DNA of 63,417 nucleotides, the filler included, from Octopus bimaculoides (taxonomy: Eukaryota), in assembly GCF_001194135.2 (NCBI RefSeq). It is 6 parts of 6 records of this genome, joined end to end, with 100 filler letters (N's around TTAATTAATTAA, not from the genome) between each part and the next. Parts side by side here need not be neighbours in the genome. Positions count along the whole stretch, not along the records: positions 1 to 22,669 come from NC_068986.1; 5 more parts are not named here. One strand, given 5' to 3'. Position 1 is the stretch's first letter, and every line of letters starts with the position of its first letter. Under the pieces are notes generated by a model that did no database searches, was not told the origin of the DNA, and saw only the letters and a program-made list of their open reading frames with translations. The position numbers and the translations under genes are program-made. This document shows positions 1-13,195 of this stretch, piece by piece.

Positions 1-41
<41 letters not shown>

Positions 42-59
42 AAGTGTGCTTATGGAAGT

Positions 60-880
60 ACACTTATTTTGAATAATAATAATAATTCATCTTTCTACTA
101 CAGGTACAAGGCCTGAAATTTTGTGTGGAGGTATGTAATCAATTACATCAACCGCAGTGCACAGCCTGTACTTATTTCATCAAGCCAAAAAAGATGAAAA
201 GCAAAGTCGACCACAGCGGAGTTCGAATTCAGAACGTAAAGATGCGAATGAAATGCCACAAAGCATTTTGTTTGGCACGGTAATGAGTCTGCCAACTCTC
301 CATCCTAATGGTTATAATAATAATTCTTTCCACTATAAACACAAGGCCTAATACTTTAGGGATATTGCATGGCCATTACATCGGCCCCATTGTGAAACTC
401 ATACTTATTTTATCGAATCGAACAGGGCGCAGTGACAATTGTACTAGTTCGCTGCCTTGGTAATGTCATTAATAATTCTTTCTACTATAGACACAAAGCC
501 TGAAATTTTGAGGGGAGGGGCTAGTCATACATATTTCACATTATATGATGGAAAGTAAATTCGTCTTCGGTGGGATTTGAACTCAGAAGGTAAAGACAGA
601 TGAAGTGCCGCAAAACATTATGTCCAGCGTTCTAACAATTCTGACAGCTCGCCTCCTTAATGATTATATTAATACTGGTTTTAAGTTTTGGCACAAGGCT
701 GACATTTTCGGGGAGAGGGGAAGCCAATTACATCGACCCCAGTACTCAACTGGTACTTATTTCATCACTGTAAGGCAAAATCGACCTCGACGGAATTTGA
801 ACTCAGAATGTAAAGACGGACGAAATGCCGCAAAGCGTTTTAGCCGGCGTACTACCGATTCTGCCGGCTCACTGGCAAAC
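60..880 (-). mobile_element. Cluster of about four same-orientation copies or fragments of SINE family A
   Basis: Recurrent cacaaggcctgaaattt tail, aaagtcgacc.cg.cggaatttgaactcagaa body, ctgccagctcgc head, separated by short (AAT)n. Confidence 0.8.
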
Positions 881-1506
881 TATCGTGTAGCAAACTTTCC
901 TAGAACCAGAATATGGAACAGCTTATATCGAATTTATATAGTCAACGATTTCAATTAAATGTTACTTCTTGTTGAAATATGCATGTGTGTGCGCGCGCGC
1001 TTATCTTTATATATACACATTTATATAATATATATATATATATATAATATATATATATATACACACACGTACGTGCACGAATGTACATACATACACATAT
1101 ATATATATTCATTCGCACACTACATACGGACACATATTCATATATGCAGGTGCAGCCATCGCCGTCTAGTTAACAAGCAAACTTCGCAACCTCGCTGCTT
1201 AGGCTTAAATCCCACTGAAATTTGTACCCTTATTGTTGCTCTAAGTGAGATATTGCGCAGATGTCTTCTAATGCAATCTGAATAAGAGATATGGGCCTCA
1301 AGCTTGGACGTTGCCCCTGCCATAGTCGATGTAATATGTATGTCTGTGATGATGTATACCGCCACTTGCGTGCTTTCCTCGTGATCAAAGTGACGGCATA
1401 CATACATACACACATACATACATACATACATACACATAAACACAAACACATATATATGTATATATGTAAAAGCACACGTACACACCCTCACGCGCGTATG
1501 AACATT

Positions 1507-1579
<73 letters not shown>

Positions 1580-2356
1580 TCTGAAAATAACTTTTTCAAA
1601 ATTCACAAAAAAAAAAAAAAAAAAATTCAAATATATTACATATTTTGTGCGAGAAATGAAGTCACTTTCACAATATCTTTGAAAATGTATGACATAGTGA
1701 AATGGAAGAACACTTTTATAACTATTTTAAAAAAAGAAAATTATGAAAGCTTACAAGAAATCGTCTCTACAGAGAGAAATGAGGTTCTTTTGGTGAAGCC
1801 GGTAGGATATTCTATAAAAGATATCGTATGATTTATGCATCTAGCAATATATATATGTATGTAAACAGAGAAGAAATATTTTTTTGGAAAATTTCCAAAG
1901 TAAATAATATTTGAACAAAGTATTCAATGAAACAGAGTAATAAAAGAAAGAAAATACTAAAGTGTAAGCCGGTAGCTTATTTCTCAGCAAGCATAGCTTT
2001 ACCGAGATTAGTTTCTCGTTTTATGACACTTAAATATCTTACTTGGCTTTACAGAGCAGCTATTTTAATACAAGTAATCGGTGGAAATGTTTCTTGCGGA
2101 ATTGCAGTGTACATGCTTCAATGGACATTTTTTCTGAATATCTATGTAAATTATAAAGGCCGGTTGAAACATATGTATATGTACACGCACAGTTGTGCTC
2201 ACGCGTACACAAATATTTGTGTGCATGGTTATATAGAGTGGAATGGGTGTTGCTGAAGTTTTATGTTTATATATGTGTGTGTGAGTGTGTGTGTGCGTAT
2301 GGGTGTGTGTGTGTGTATGTATGTGCACCTTTCATACGTTTCAGCCATATACATAT

Positions 2357-2411
<55 letters not shown>

Positions 2412-2731
2412 NNNNNNNNNNNNNNNNNNNNNNNNNNNNNNNNNNNNNNNNNNNNNNNNNNNNNNNNNNNNNNNNNNNNNNNNNNNNNNNNNNNNNNNNN
2501 NNNNNNNNNNNNNNNNNNNNNNNNNNNNNNNNNNNNNNNNNNNNNNNNNNNNNNNNNNNNNNNNNNNNNNNNNNNNNNNNNNNNNNNNNNNNNNNNNNNN
2601 NNNNNNNNNNNNNNNNNNNNNNNNNNNNNNNNNNNNNNNNNNNNNNNNNNNNNNNNNNNNNNNNNNNNNNNNNNNNNNNNNNNNNNNNNNNNNNNNNNNN
2701 NNNNNNNNNNNNNNNNNNNNNNNNNNNNNNN

Positions 2732-2802
2732 CCCAGGAGGACATCTCCTCCAGCTGGCTTATCGTGTGTCGATAAGCCAGCTGGAGGAGATGTCCTCCTG
2801 GG
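2732..2802. repeat. Perfect 33-bp inverted repeat, 5-nt loop
   Basis: cccaggaggacatctcctccagctggcttatcg-tgtgt-cgataagccagctggaggagatgtcctcctggg; left end cut by a gap. Confidence 0.97.
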
Positions 2803-3357
2803 GCTAAAAGCAACAGTAACATCCACCCCTAGGGGTCAGCCACACTTAAGTGGCAATATACTACACTTTATCGTGCAGTTACTGTTAATACTTCATTTAG
2901 AGAATTAACATTGCTTATATATATATGCATATATATATATGCGTGCCTCTGTGTGTGCCTCTGTATATTGTAGTAGGTACAAGCAAGCGGTGTGTAAGTA
3001 AACAAGCATTTCGATCAGTTCAAATATGACCGTTTTCACTGATGTTTGCCTTTAAGAACAATTCTCGCTCTAGTCTATAGGTGTTAAAAACTCCAACAGT
3101 CATTTCAAGGCGTTCTCTAGTAGAAGCGCTGAATGTATTTCTAGTTCCTTGGTTATCATCAGCACCGTATACCTGCAACTGAGACAACCCTGAAATAACT
3201 CTAGAACCCTTTACTTCGTTATCGTGAGTATAAAAAAAAAAGAGCTGACTACGAGTGGCGTTAGCCTTAGCTAGAACATAATATTGTAGTAGTTGAAGTG
3301 ATCTTGATCTACCCACCTACCTACCTACCTACCTACCTACGAATCTATCTATCTATC

Positions 3358-3388
<31 letters not shown>

Positions 3389-4529
3389 CTGAGCTGTGGG
3401 CTTATGTCGAACGACTGCTGTCACGTGTGGGACGAGTCGGTTTATCAACCGAGTCTATCGTCAATATCGTCACGCCTCCTTCCTTTAAACGGGAAGGAAG
3501 AGCTGTATTTATCGTACTTGTGGCTATGGCGAAAGAATGCATCTGGTGGACGCGTCTGAAAGGATTAGAGACAAATACTTTCCTCTCTGGTCAANNNNNN
3601 NNNNNNNNNNNNNNNNNNNNNNNNNNNNNNNNNNNNNNNNNNNNNNNNNNNNNNNNNNNNNNNNNNNNNNNNNNNNNNNNNNNNNNNNNNNNNNNNNNNN
3701 NNNNNNNNNNNNNNNNNNNNNNNNNNNNNNNNNNNNNNNNNNNNNNNNNNNNNNNNNNNNNNNNNNNNNNNNNNNNNNNNNNNNNNNNNNNNNNNNNNNN
3801 NNNNNNNNNNNNNNNNNNNNNNNNNNNNNNNNNNNNNNNNNNNNNNNNNNNNNNNNNNNNNNNNNNNNNNNNNNNNNNNNNNNNNNNNNNNNNNNNNNNN
3901 NNNNNNNNNNNNNNNNNNNNNNNNNNNNNNNNNNNNNNNNNNNNNNNNNNNNNNNNNNNNNTTGGGAATTTTCTGTATTATTTCGTATTTTGTGTAAATA
4001 CCCCAAACGTTTTGCGATGTATTTTTTTTCATCGTTGTCCCCACTTTTGTTTTTTTTCTGCTTTGTTTTCGCCCCCCTCGAAAAGAAAAACTCTACATTT
4101 GTATTTTGTCCCCTCTATGTGGCTAATAAAGAAACATATCTATCTGTAGTGGTCTACGTAGCTTTATAGTTGAATGATCTCCCTTGCAAGAAAGATTATA
4201 GAGTAACCTCTCTTTACTAAGTTTCTCCAAGTATCTGTGTCATGAGACGTGATTCTAGATTATTCAAGAAGCTTAGCGTTTCTCTTGGAAGTTTCTAGAA
4301 TGTCTAGCGTTCCATTACTAAAAAGAGATTGCTAACCCTGCTCTTCGCTTCTCAATCGATTAAACAATACTGGTAAAACCACTTGTTTAGAGCCGACCAA
4401 AAAAGATTTTATCAATAAATTAATGATGACATAGAACGTGGAAGATTAGTTCCTGACAGTTCTGGGGTAAGATATGGAATATTGCAGCTGAATGGCTCTG
4501 CAGCCCTAATAAAACAGCTTCTTAGCCCC

Positions 4530-5780
4530 AGCAAGTGGCTATCGACTTCACAGAAGACAGTATCAGAACTATGAGTAAAAAAAGATAATGCAATCGAAAA
4601 GCAGCAGGACCTGATGGTGTACAAAGATTTTGGATAAAACAGTTCAGTCTGTGCCATAAATTGATCGCTAAGCAGTGTAATGCTTTGATCTATGGAGAAG
4701 AAAAAATCGCGGGTTAGTTGATAAAAAGGACGAACGGTGATGTGTCTGAAGGATGCATCAAAATGAAATGCTACCGACAATTATAGGCCAATTTCTTGTC
4801 TCCCATTAACGTGTAAGTTACTGTCAGGAGGAATTGGAGAACTGTGAAAATTTCTTGATGAGAATGATACGTTACCGACAGAACAAAAAGGTTGTAGGAG
4901 GAGATGCAGAGATACCAAAGACCAATAAGTGACAGATAGAATGATAATGCAAGTTTGTAGACGAAGGAGAACAGATTTGGGAATGGCTTGGATTGACTAT
5001 CTCAAAGCTTATGATATGATTCCGCATTCGTGGATCATCGAGTGCTTAGATTTGTTTGGAATTGCGTGGAATGTAACGTGTTTTCTGAAGAGAAGTATGG
5101 TGCGGTGGAAAAATGAGTTAACATCCTATGGAAAAGCTTGGGCACCCTGGGAGTCAGAAGAGGGATTTTCCAGGGTGGTAGCTTATCGCCGTTGCTTTTT
5201 GTTCTCTGCATGACCCTTCTGACCTTGGTACTTCGGAAATTGAATCTGGGATACCAACTAAAGGGAAACATCTCAAACGATCGACCACCTCCTCTTCATG
5301 GATGATTTGAAACTGTATGGTAAGGATAAGGCACAAGTGAGTTCTTTGGTGAACACGATCCACTGTTTTAGTGCTGATATTAGAATGGAATTCGGACACA
5401 AGAAGGGTGGTGTAATGTACCCGAAAAGAGGCAAGGTACAGTCCCTAGCAGGAATAGAATTACTTAATAGAGAACTGATTAAGCAAATTTAAAAGGAAGA
5501 CTACAAATACCTTGGCATACTAGAGTTCATCGAAATAATGGAGAAGGGAGTGAAAGAGCAAATGAGGATGGAATATTTCCGAAAGATAAGATAGGTGTTG
5601 CGTTCAAAACTGACCGGATGGAATAAATTCCAAGCAGTTAATACATGGATGATAGCATCGCTTCGATATGAAGCTGGAATAATAGAATGGTAAAACAAAG
5701 AACTGATGAACATGGATAAGAAGTCAAGAAACGTGTTGACGATGCACGGAGCTTCTGCCCTAAGAGTGACACTTTCTACA
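4530..5780 (+). mobile_element. Decayed R4/Dong-type non-LTR retrotransposon, RT region
   Basis: Frameshifted motifs KAAGPDG, NYRPI, EQKGCRR, AWIDYLKAYDMIPHSW, GIFQG-like, LLFMDDLKLY, YKYLGILE, MHGA. Confidence 0.9.
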
Positions 5781-6026
5781 AATAATCTACTAATAATCCT
5801 TTCTACTATAAGCACAAGGCCCGGATTTTTGTGAGGAGGGTGAAAATCGATCATATCGACCCCAGTACATGGTTGGTACTTTATTTATCGACCCCGAAAG
5901 GATGAAAAGCAAAGTCGATCTCGACGGAATTTGAACTCAGATGTAGCGACAGGCGAAATACCGCTAAGCATTTCGCTCTGTGTGCTAACGATTCTGCCAG
6001 CTCTCCTAATAATAATACCCATACAT

Positions 6027-6413
6027 GGTGGTGGTTGGCACTCCGTCGGTTACAACGACGGGGGTTCCAGTTGATCCGATCAACGGAACAGCCTGCTCGT
6101 GAAATTAACGAGAAGTAGCTGAGCATTCCACAGGCACGTGTACCCATAACGTAGTTCTCGGGGATATTCAGCGTGACACAGTGTGCGACAAGCCTGGCCC
6201 TTTGAAATACAGGTACAACAAAAGCAGGAAGAAAGAGTGAGAGAAAGTTGTGGTGAAAGGGTACGGCAGAGTTCGCTACCATCCCCTGCCGGAGCCTTGT
6301 GGTACTTTAGGTGTTTTCGCTTAATAAACAATCACAACGCCCGGTCTGGAAATCGAAACCGCGATCCTACGACCGCGAGTCCGCTGCCCTAAACACTGGA
6401 CCATTGCGCCTCC
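6027..6413 (-). mobile_element. tRNA-derived SINE family B
   Basis: Reverse complement aligns along its length to 9933-10316. Confidence 0.9.
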
Positions 6414-7158
6414 ACACCCATACATATACCCAAACGTATACACACGTATGTATGTATGTATGTATGTATGTATGTATGTATGTATGNNNNNNNNNNNNNN
6501 NNNNNNNNNNNNNNNNNNNNNNNNNNNNNNNNNNNNNNNNNNNNNNNNNNNNNNNNNNNNNNNNNNNNNNNNNNNNNNNNNNNNNNNNNNNNNNNNNNNN
6601 NNNNNNNNNNNNNNNNNNNNNNNNNNNNNNNNNNNNNNNNNNNNNNNNNNNNNNNNNNNNNNNNNNNNNNNNNNNNNNNNNNNNNNNNNNNNNNNNNNNN
6701 NNNNNNNNNNNNNNNNNNNNNNNNNNNNNNNNNNNNNNNNNNNNNNNNNNNNNNNNNNNNNNNNNNNNNNNNNNNNNNNNNNNNNNNNNNNNNNNNNNNN
6801 NNNNNNNNNNNNNNNNNNNNNNNNNNNNNNNNNNNNNNNNNNNNNNNNNNNNNNNNNNNNNNNNNNNNNNNNNNNNNNNNNNNNNNNNNNNNNNNNNNNN
6901 NNNNNNNNNNNNNNNNNNNNNNNNNNNNNNNNNNNNNNNNNNNNNNNNNNNNNNNNNNNNNNNNNNNNNNNNNNNNNNNNNNNNNNNNNNNNNNNNNNNN
7001 NNNNNNNNNNNNNNNNNNNNNNNNNNNNNNNNNNNNNNNNNNNNNNNNNNNNNNNNNNNNNNNNNNNNNNNNNNNNNNNNNNNNNNNNNNNNNNNNNNNN
7101 NNNNNNNNNNNNNNNNNNNNNNNNNNNNNNNNNNNNNNNNNNNNNNNNNNNNNNNNNC

Positions 7159-7326
7159 GTGCTGAAAAGTTCCTGTCTTTAAGCGTCTCACGAAAAGCCT
7201 GGTTCGAGGCACAGCTTTCCAAGTTCTTTTACAGGGCTTAGATAAAATGAAGGACCGCTGCAATAAGTGTGTGAATCTGAGAGAGAGGAATATTCTGAAT
7301 AAAATCATAATTAACTGATCCTCCTG
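7159..7326 (+). mobile_element. Mariner 3' end, remainder in gap
   Basis: C-terminal pattern SF...GLDKMKDRCNKCVNLR.EYSE, then ttaactgatcctcctg|TA terminus. Confidence 0.6.
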
Positions 7327-7482
7327 TATTTTCTTTTATCCAAAGCCGGTAGAGTATGTATATATAAATGTATATATACATTACTGGATATATACTCGTG
7401 CACACGCGCACCCACACACAAAACCCTGTGTGTGTGTGTGTGTAGGTGGGTGGGTGGTTGTTAGTGTGTATTTGTGTGCGCG

Positions 7483-7522
<40 letters not shown>

Positions 7523-8620
7523 GTCCCACACATAAAGCTAAATAGCCTTGTACACAAAGTTTACATTGTATTACTCTTTACTCTTCACTCTTTTACACGT
7601 TTCAGTCATTTGACTGCGGCCTTTAGTCGAAGAATTCGAACCCAGGACTTATTCTTTATAAGCCTAGCACTTATTCTATCGTTCTTTGTTACCGAACCGC
7701 TAAGTTTTGGGGACATAAACAAACCAACATCGGTTGTCAAGCGATGGTAGTGGGGACAAACACAGACACAAAGACACACATATAAATTTATATATACACG
7801 ACGGGCTTGTTTCAGTTTCCGTCTACCAAATCCACTCATAAGGCTTTGGTTGGCCCGAGGCTCCGAGGCTATAGTAGAAGCCACTTACCCAAAGCACCAC
7901 GCAATACGACTGAACCCAGAACCATGTTGTTGGGAAGCAAGCTTCTTACTACACAGCCATGCCTGCACCTATTGCACAAGCAATTTTCCAGATTCATGCA
8001 ATTTTATCCACCGTTATTGATGTTTATATATATATTAGTATTCTTGAACGTCCTGCTTTTACAAAATAAACAACACTTGTTTTTTAACTGTTTAGTTCGG
8101 TAAGAGTTAAAGTGATACCTCATACATATTTCATTACTAACACCCATGTAGTGCATTGAGAAGTGTCAGTGAGTGGAGACATGAGAACACCGACACCAAC
8201 TTCAAAAGCAAGAGATGATTCGCCACCTGCAGAGACCTAAAATGTCATAACATCGTGAAAGAGCGGCAGCATATGAAGATGGATGCACTCGAAGTTTCTA
8301 AATATGATCTATTACAAACTATCGATGGTGTCAAAAGCATTAATCAGGACAAAGAAAGCTAAAGTTAATCTCGTATTTGTATACTCGGCCTCTTTCAACG
8401 TTTACTGAGCGACATCAGTTGAACTACAATAAAGAATGCAGCTAGCTTGAAACTCTAGAAGCTCTCTCCAAATTATCCTGGAGAGGAGGCATAGTTACAG
8501 GCAGGGCGCATAATCACAGGGGGAATAGTCACAGGGCGCATAGTCACAGGGTAAAATCTGAAAGAATTATTCCACGTCTTTTATTACAAATCAGAGTGAC
8601 CACTTTCCTTTTTGTACATA

Positions 8621-9099
8621 CGAGGTGGTATCAAAAAGTTCCCAGACTAGTTATGTTAGATAAAAAAAATGACTAAGTTTTAACATCACCTCCTTCGAAA
8701 TAGTAACCTTACTCAGCAATACATCAATCTCAGCGTTCCTGCCACTTTTAGAGTCCGACCTAGAAGACGTCTGTGATTCGCTCTGAAACTCTAGAACGGT
8801 GTTAAAGCAGCGACCTTTGAGCTGCCTTTTCATCTTGGGTAAGAGATGGAAGTCTGTAAGTGCTAATTCTGGTGAATAGGGCGGATGCGGAAGCGATACC
8901 ATGTTGTTTTTGGCAAGAAACTCTCAAGTGAGGATAGCTCAGTGACAGGGTGCATTGTCGTTGCGAAGAATCCACAGTGATGTGATTCGGCATATTGCTT
9001 CATGAAGATCACTGCTAGTTCTCACTGCGCACGCAACCGTGTGCTGCCATCCGTTGTCGTGCTACAGAACTTGTCTGGGAACTTTTTGATATCACCTCG
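8621..9099 (-). mobile_element. Internally deleted mariner (D,D34D type) with both TIRs
   Basis: 27-bp TIRs (cgaggtg[g/a]tatcaaaaagttcccagac), TA on both sides, peptide LPHPPYSPELALTDFHLLPKMKRQLKGRCF. Confidence 0.92.
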
Positions 9100-9189
9100 T
9101 AATTGTATCTCGTTTGTATGCTTCCAAGAATCAGATATTTTGCCATTCTCCCAGCAAACTATTCATGTATGTATGTTTGTATATAGATG

Positions 9190-9890
9190 CACATGAGTTT
9201 TGTTTAAGTTTTTCTTGAGAGAGTTTCGCTAACAAAACGATGAGACTTGTTGTGTTAAGAGGGTTCCCGGTGTTTGTAATTATGTGACTGAGTTGGTGTG
9301 TTGGTTGAGCTGTCGATGCATCTATTCACCTAAAGAATCTCAAATGGAAAATCTATGGAATGTCTTACAAATCTTCACAGTGCCGCTAACAGATTGAATA
9401 TTTTGTTTACTCTTTCTTCGAAAAATGTTATATTTTTTTAGTAAATTTGTAGGTGTTAGTGTAAATTTGTAGTTAGAAGAACTGTAAGATCCGCATTAAC
9501 CCACCATAAATATTCTTTTTTTCCTGGTTGTATATTCACATCCGCTAGGCAGAAATGAAGTTTGTTGTATTTGCACCGAATCGCTGTTTTTATTGGAGTG
9601 TTCCACCAGTATTTCTTGTTTTTAAAGAAGTGAATACACGCTGGTTCTGACATGTCTTTGATACACACTTCAAGGTAAATATTCCTGCAGATAGCATTGT
9701 AAATAGGCTTTGCAACAATATCATACCTCAGAGGCAGGTAGTATCTCATAGACAATTTGAGACTGTTGCTTATGATGCGGATGATATCTTCCACTCTGGA
9801 ATAGCAGAGCCGACATTCCCTATCACAACGTGGAGGTTTTGTGGTATCTTTGTTTCTCTTGTTCATAAGGTATTTAATAGCTATACATAC
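9190..9890 (-). mobile_element. 3' fragment of a second R4/Dong-like LINE lineage
   Basis: CRLC..VEDI..IIS, RYYLPLRYDIVAK, YWWNTPIKTAIRCKYNK, GTVKICKTF. Ends at a (TACA)n repeat. Confidence 0.8.
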
Positions 9891-9932
9891 ATGCATACAT
9901 TCTTGTATGTATGTATGTATGTATATATGTGT

Positions 9933-10316
9933 GGAGGCGCAATGGCCCAGTGGTTAGGGCAGCGGACTCGCAGTCATAGGATCGTGGTTTCGATTCCCAG
10001 ACCGGGCATTGTGAGTGTTTATTGAGCGAAAACACTTAAAGCTCCACGAGGCTCCGACAGGGGATGGTGGTGAACCCTGCTGTACTCTTCCACCACAACT
10101 TTCTCTCACTCTTACTTCCTGTTTCTGTTGTGCCTGTAATTCAAAGAGTCAGCCTTGTCACACTGTGTCACGCTGAATATCCCCAAGAACTACGTTAAGG
10201 GTACACGTGTCTGTGGAGTGCTCAGCCACTTGCACGTTAATTTCACGAGCAGGCTGTTCCGTTGATCGGATCAACTGGAACCCTCGACGTCGTAAGCGAC
10301 GGAGTGCCAACAACAG
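9933..10316 (+). mobile_element. tRNA-derived SINE family B, full length
   Basis: tRNA-like A/B boxes (tggcccagtggttagg...ggtttcgattccc), (CAA)n tail. Near-identical copy at 6027-6413 on -. Confidence 0.9.
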
Positions 10317-10359
10317 CATGTATGTATGTGTGTATGTATGTATGTATGTATGTATGTTT

Positions 10360-10555
10360 TTCTTTCGAGTTTTAAGTTCTTCTTAAGAGAGTTCAAGCCG
10401 GTCGCTAAGTAGCAAGGATTTTCGAGCTAAGAGAGTCCCCGGTATTTGTAAATATATGGTTGAGTTGGTGTGTTGGTTGAACTATCCACGCATACATTTA
10501 AGTGTGTGCATCTATTCACATAAGAATTTTAAATGGACAATTCTTGGAATGTATG
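10360..10555 (-). mobile_element. Second copy of the same LINE 3' end as 9190-9360
   Basis: Clear by-eye homology to 9196-9365 (shared gagttggtgtgttggttga and catctattcac). Abuts (TACA)n. Confidence 0.65.
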
Positions 10556-12969
10556 TACTTATGTAAGTATGTATGTATGTATGTATGTGTGTATGTGTGT
10601 GTGTGTGTGTGTGTCTGTGCGTGTGCGTAAGTGTGTGTATAACATTTCTACAAATCTGACTATGAGTGACAAGAACAACAAGAGCATGCTAAATGTAAAG
10701 ATAGTGATAATGATTTACGTAGATGGTAGATGAATAGATATTTAAATGTATTAATACACAACGGGTTAGATAAATCATTTTAGAATGTAATATATATATA
10801 TATATTACTTAGGATGTTGATGCATACGTCCCTCTGAGACTCTTTATTAGCAGCATTTCCCTGCGATGCAATACTGTCAACTGATTTCAATTTACTTTTC
10901 GAATTGAATCATATATTATGAATATCAATCTTCCGCTCTTAAATCGAAATCTGAATTCCTTTTGTTTTTCTAAGGAGTAGGGAATCTATTGTTTTTGATG
11001 CCCTTAAGCATGGTTTTCTGTAATACACCGACATACTTTTTGGTTACAAGTTATTAATTTCATTCATAGGTTATTAATTTCTCGAAAAGCCGTCAAAAAG
11101 TTAGTTTACATTTATTTTCTAATATTTATAAATACGTTATCCACAAAAAAAGTAATAGCAATTACTGATATAGAATATGTTCTTTAATGTGGCCTTATTA
11201 GATTACACTTAATTCAATGCATCTTTCAAAAATAAGAAGCCACCCGTCGTTCTATCGTCTTTATATCATAAAATAATATATTTGCTTTGTCCTTTGTTCC
11301 AATTATTTTAGTTTCTGTTCCCTACTTCATTCCCACACAAAACCATCCGTTCTTTCTTTCTTTCTTTATTTCTTTCTTTCTTTCTTTCTTTCTTTCACGC
11401 ATTACGTTCTAATTTGTTTCACATATACATAGTGCAAACCTATCTTCTTCTTCTTCTTCTTCTTCTTCTTCTTCTTCTTCTTCTTCTTCTATACATACAT
11501 ACATACATACATATGTTTGTTAAATCAAAGACAGAAAGTAGAACTAACGAGATTCTTTATTTAAAACCTCTTCAACTGCTCGGACGAATTACTGAAGTGT
11601 ATCCATTAGCATGTGTCTTTCCACTGTATGTTGACATCAGGTAGCGAATAACTGAGGATGAGCTTTGCACAGCATTCTACAAGATTCCCCACCACCACCA
11701 CCGTAATCTTACTTAACTATATACGCTTGTTATGTATGCATACATACCCGCAGTCGATTCTACGTTATTATACGCCGCATAATTCCATAAAACGGTGAGC
11801 CGCATACCTTCAAGCGAGTGAACCATTTACCATCAAAATGTGTCTAAAAAATTGTTTGGTTAATTAGACATGCAAATAACGTCAATTTCGATTGACTGCA
11901 TAAGATGCTTTTTTCTTTCGATTATCAGTAAAAAATAATACCATAGAACTGAACATTAATTTATTTTATTATGAATAAAGTTATTTCTAGAAGTTTCCGT
12001 TTTTATGACGAGTTAAAACGGCGGTAGTCTGGAGTTCAATGTTTACAAACAACAGATGTCAAAATATGTTAAATGTATTCTAGTTATTCTTATCATTTCA
12101 ATGAATCTGAGACCATCGATGCTTAAATTCCGGTGTATTTATTTTTGTTTTGAACTTTCAGGCATGGCTACATGCTTACGAAGTTCGTTTTGCAACGATG
12201 TGATTTCGGCTTCACCTTAAGCAAGTATTTTCCATTATGTTACCGAACCGACCAATGCTTTGTGAAAGTATTTGGTAGAGAGAAACTGTATGGGAGGCCA
12301 TCGTTATCTTTTACTTGTTTCAGTCATTAGACTACGACCATGCTGGGGCACTGCCTTAAAGAAATTTCCTCGAACAAATCGACCCCAGTGCTTTGTATTC
12401 TGTTTAAGAATGGTACTTGCTCTGTCGATCTCTTTTGCTGAATTGCTAGACTACGCGGACGTAGAGACAAGAATAACCACTGTCAAGCGTGAGCAGGTAG
12501 AATCGTAAACACTCCGGACGAAATGCTTGGTGGCATTTCGTCCGTCTTTACGCTGAAAGAAATGCATACCAGTATTTCGCCTGTCGCTACGTTCTGAGTT
12601 CAAATTCCGTCGAGGCCGACTTTACCTTTCATCCTTTCAAGATGGTGATTATTTTATCACCCTCCCACCAACGGATGTGTATGCTTGTATGTGTATACAT
12701 ACATTCTAGCTATTCTGTCTCAATACGTTTTGGCTAATTCAAACATGAATATGCCGACTGTTGTTGTTCTCCGTCATCGGAGAACGTCTCCTGTCATTGA
12801 GACAACGCTGTGTTTCGACATTATTGTGTTTCCTCAACCAAAGCTACCCTTGGCCCAATGATCTAACAAAAGTACTGGTTTTCGTTTATAAAAATTAGCA
12901 AACAAATTATTTACTGATGCATACTAATATCTGACAAACTGATGATAATTCATGAGGTACACAGAACAG

Positions 12970-13195
12970 AGAGCTGGCAGAAACGTTAGCACGCCGGGCG
13001 AAATGCTTTGCGGTATTTCGTCTGCCGCTACGTTCTGAGTTCAAATTCCGCCGAGGTCGACTTTGCCTTTCATCCTTTCGGGGTCGATTAAATAAGTACC
13101 AGTTACGCACTGGGGTCGGTATATTCGACTTAATCCGTTTGTCTGTCCTTGTTTGTCCCCTCTGTGTGTAGCCCCTTGTGGGTAGTAAAGAAATA
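12970..13195 (+). mobile_element. SINE family A, near full length (other copies about 5790-6005 -, 12500-12640 +, 20280-20450 -, 53070-53265 +)
   Basis: gagctggcagaaacgttagcacgccgggcgaaatgc head; central gtcgactttgcctttcatcctttcggggtcgat..aagtaccag (resembles a conserved metazoan SINE central domain, from memory). Confidence 0.85.

Noticed and set aside
9933-10005. tRNA-like sequence (also 6340-6413, 43088-43160)
   Set aside because: SINE heads: no complete cloverleaf, and they continue into a shared SINE body.
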